DNA of 63,641 bases, filler included, from Octopus bimaculoides (taxonomy: Eukaryota): NCBI RefSeq assembly GCF_001194135.2. It is 7 parts of 7 records of this genome, joined end to end, with 100 filler letters (N's around TTAATTAATTAA, not from the genome) between each part and the next. Parts side by side here need not be neighbours in the genome. Positions count along the whole stretch, not along the records: positions 61,685 to 63,641 come from NC_068987.1; 6 more parts are not named here. One strand, written 5' to 3'. Below the pieces are notes generated by a model. It was not told where the DNA came from. It ran no database searches and saw nothing but the letters and a program-made list of their open reading frames with translations. Below, piece after piece: positions 63,034 to 63,641 of this stretch (position 1 is its first letter; each line of letters starts with the position of its first letter). Made by a program: the position numbers and the translations under genes.

Positions 63034-63641
63034 ATACATCACAGTAATAAAAACATAGGAATTTAAAATTTCAGGATTGCAGGATCAGATTCGGCCCGGA
63101 ATGCTTTTACTTTACGCAAATCGTCAGCCTGATTCCAGAATGGAATTATCAACTCTCCCTAAATTTCTTTGTCTCTCTTTCTCTCCCTCTCCTTTTCTTT
63201 CTCTTTCTCTCTCACTCTGTCTTCACCACCATGCTCACTTTCTCTATGTCTAATATTACTCTTTCCCCAGCATGAAGAAGTGTTATTGAATAGTGAGAGA
63301 TGGATGTTAAAGTGTGACACACTGACACACACAAATTAGTTTTTGCATTTATTATATTAGATATATATGTATATATGTATTTATATGTGTATATATATAT
63401 ATATATATGTACGTATATATATATCTTAATATATAAATCTGAAATTGTGTGTTTGTGTGAAGCCTTTTTGAATGTTTATAGAAATCCACATTTTCCACTT
63501 TTTCGTAAAAAATTTTACATCAATGGAATTTTCTCAATCTGAACTTTCCAGTGCAGTAATTAGATTTTTAAAATTCCGTTTACTTTGTGTGATTTAAGGG
63601 AGATTTGGCTGTTGTTTCTAGCAACTTTTATATTTCATCCC

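Overview
Gapped, AT-rich animal genomic DNA, almost certainly a cephalopod (Octopus), judged from its tRNA-headed SINE families and dense (AT)n/(CA)n/(AG)n/(ATT)n microsatellites. Most ORF-track entries are microsatellite or N-gap noise. The best-supported gene is a plus-strand secreted chitin-binding (peritrophin-A/CBM14) protein with two visible phase-1 exons (3632-3908, 10332-10562). Less certain minus-strand models from manual splice-site reading: (i) an LRR/LRRcap-like gene just downstream of an RFX X-box (53.1 kb to ~48.9 kb); (ii) an orphan ORF at 47.2-47.6 kb between two ETS/CpG promoter-like patches; (iii) a gene starting at a CpG island near 47.0 kb whose body may be the CpG-depleted 17-38 kb block, with a candidate 15-nt microexon. 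Mobile DNA includes four Tc1/mariner fossils (one chimeric), an unclassified Cys/His-rich DNA transposon fossil, a foldback element with 8-bp TSD and a head-to-head telomere-repeat core, a 91-bp mini-Helitron, a HINE-like element, R4/Dong and RTE 3' ends, and many SINEs. One SINE family has seeded three separate tandem arrays. Six 100-bp artificial joins (N44-TTAATTAATTAA-N44) make contiguity across them uncertain. No new biological system is proven from sequence alone. The leads below are hypotheses, and all family names come from motif recognition, not database searches. SINE and transposon boundaries are approximate.
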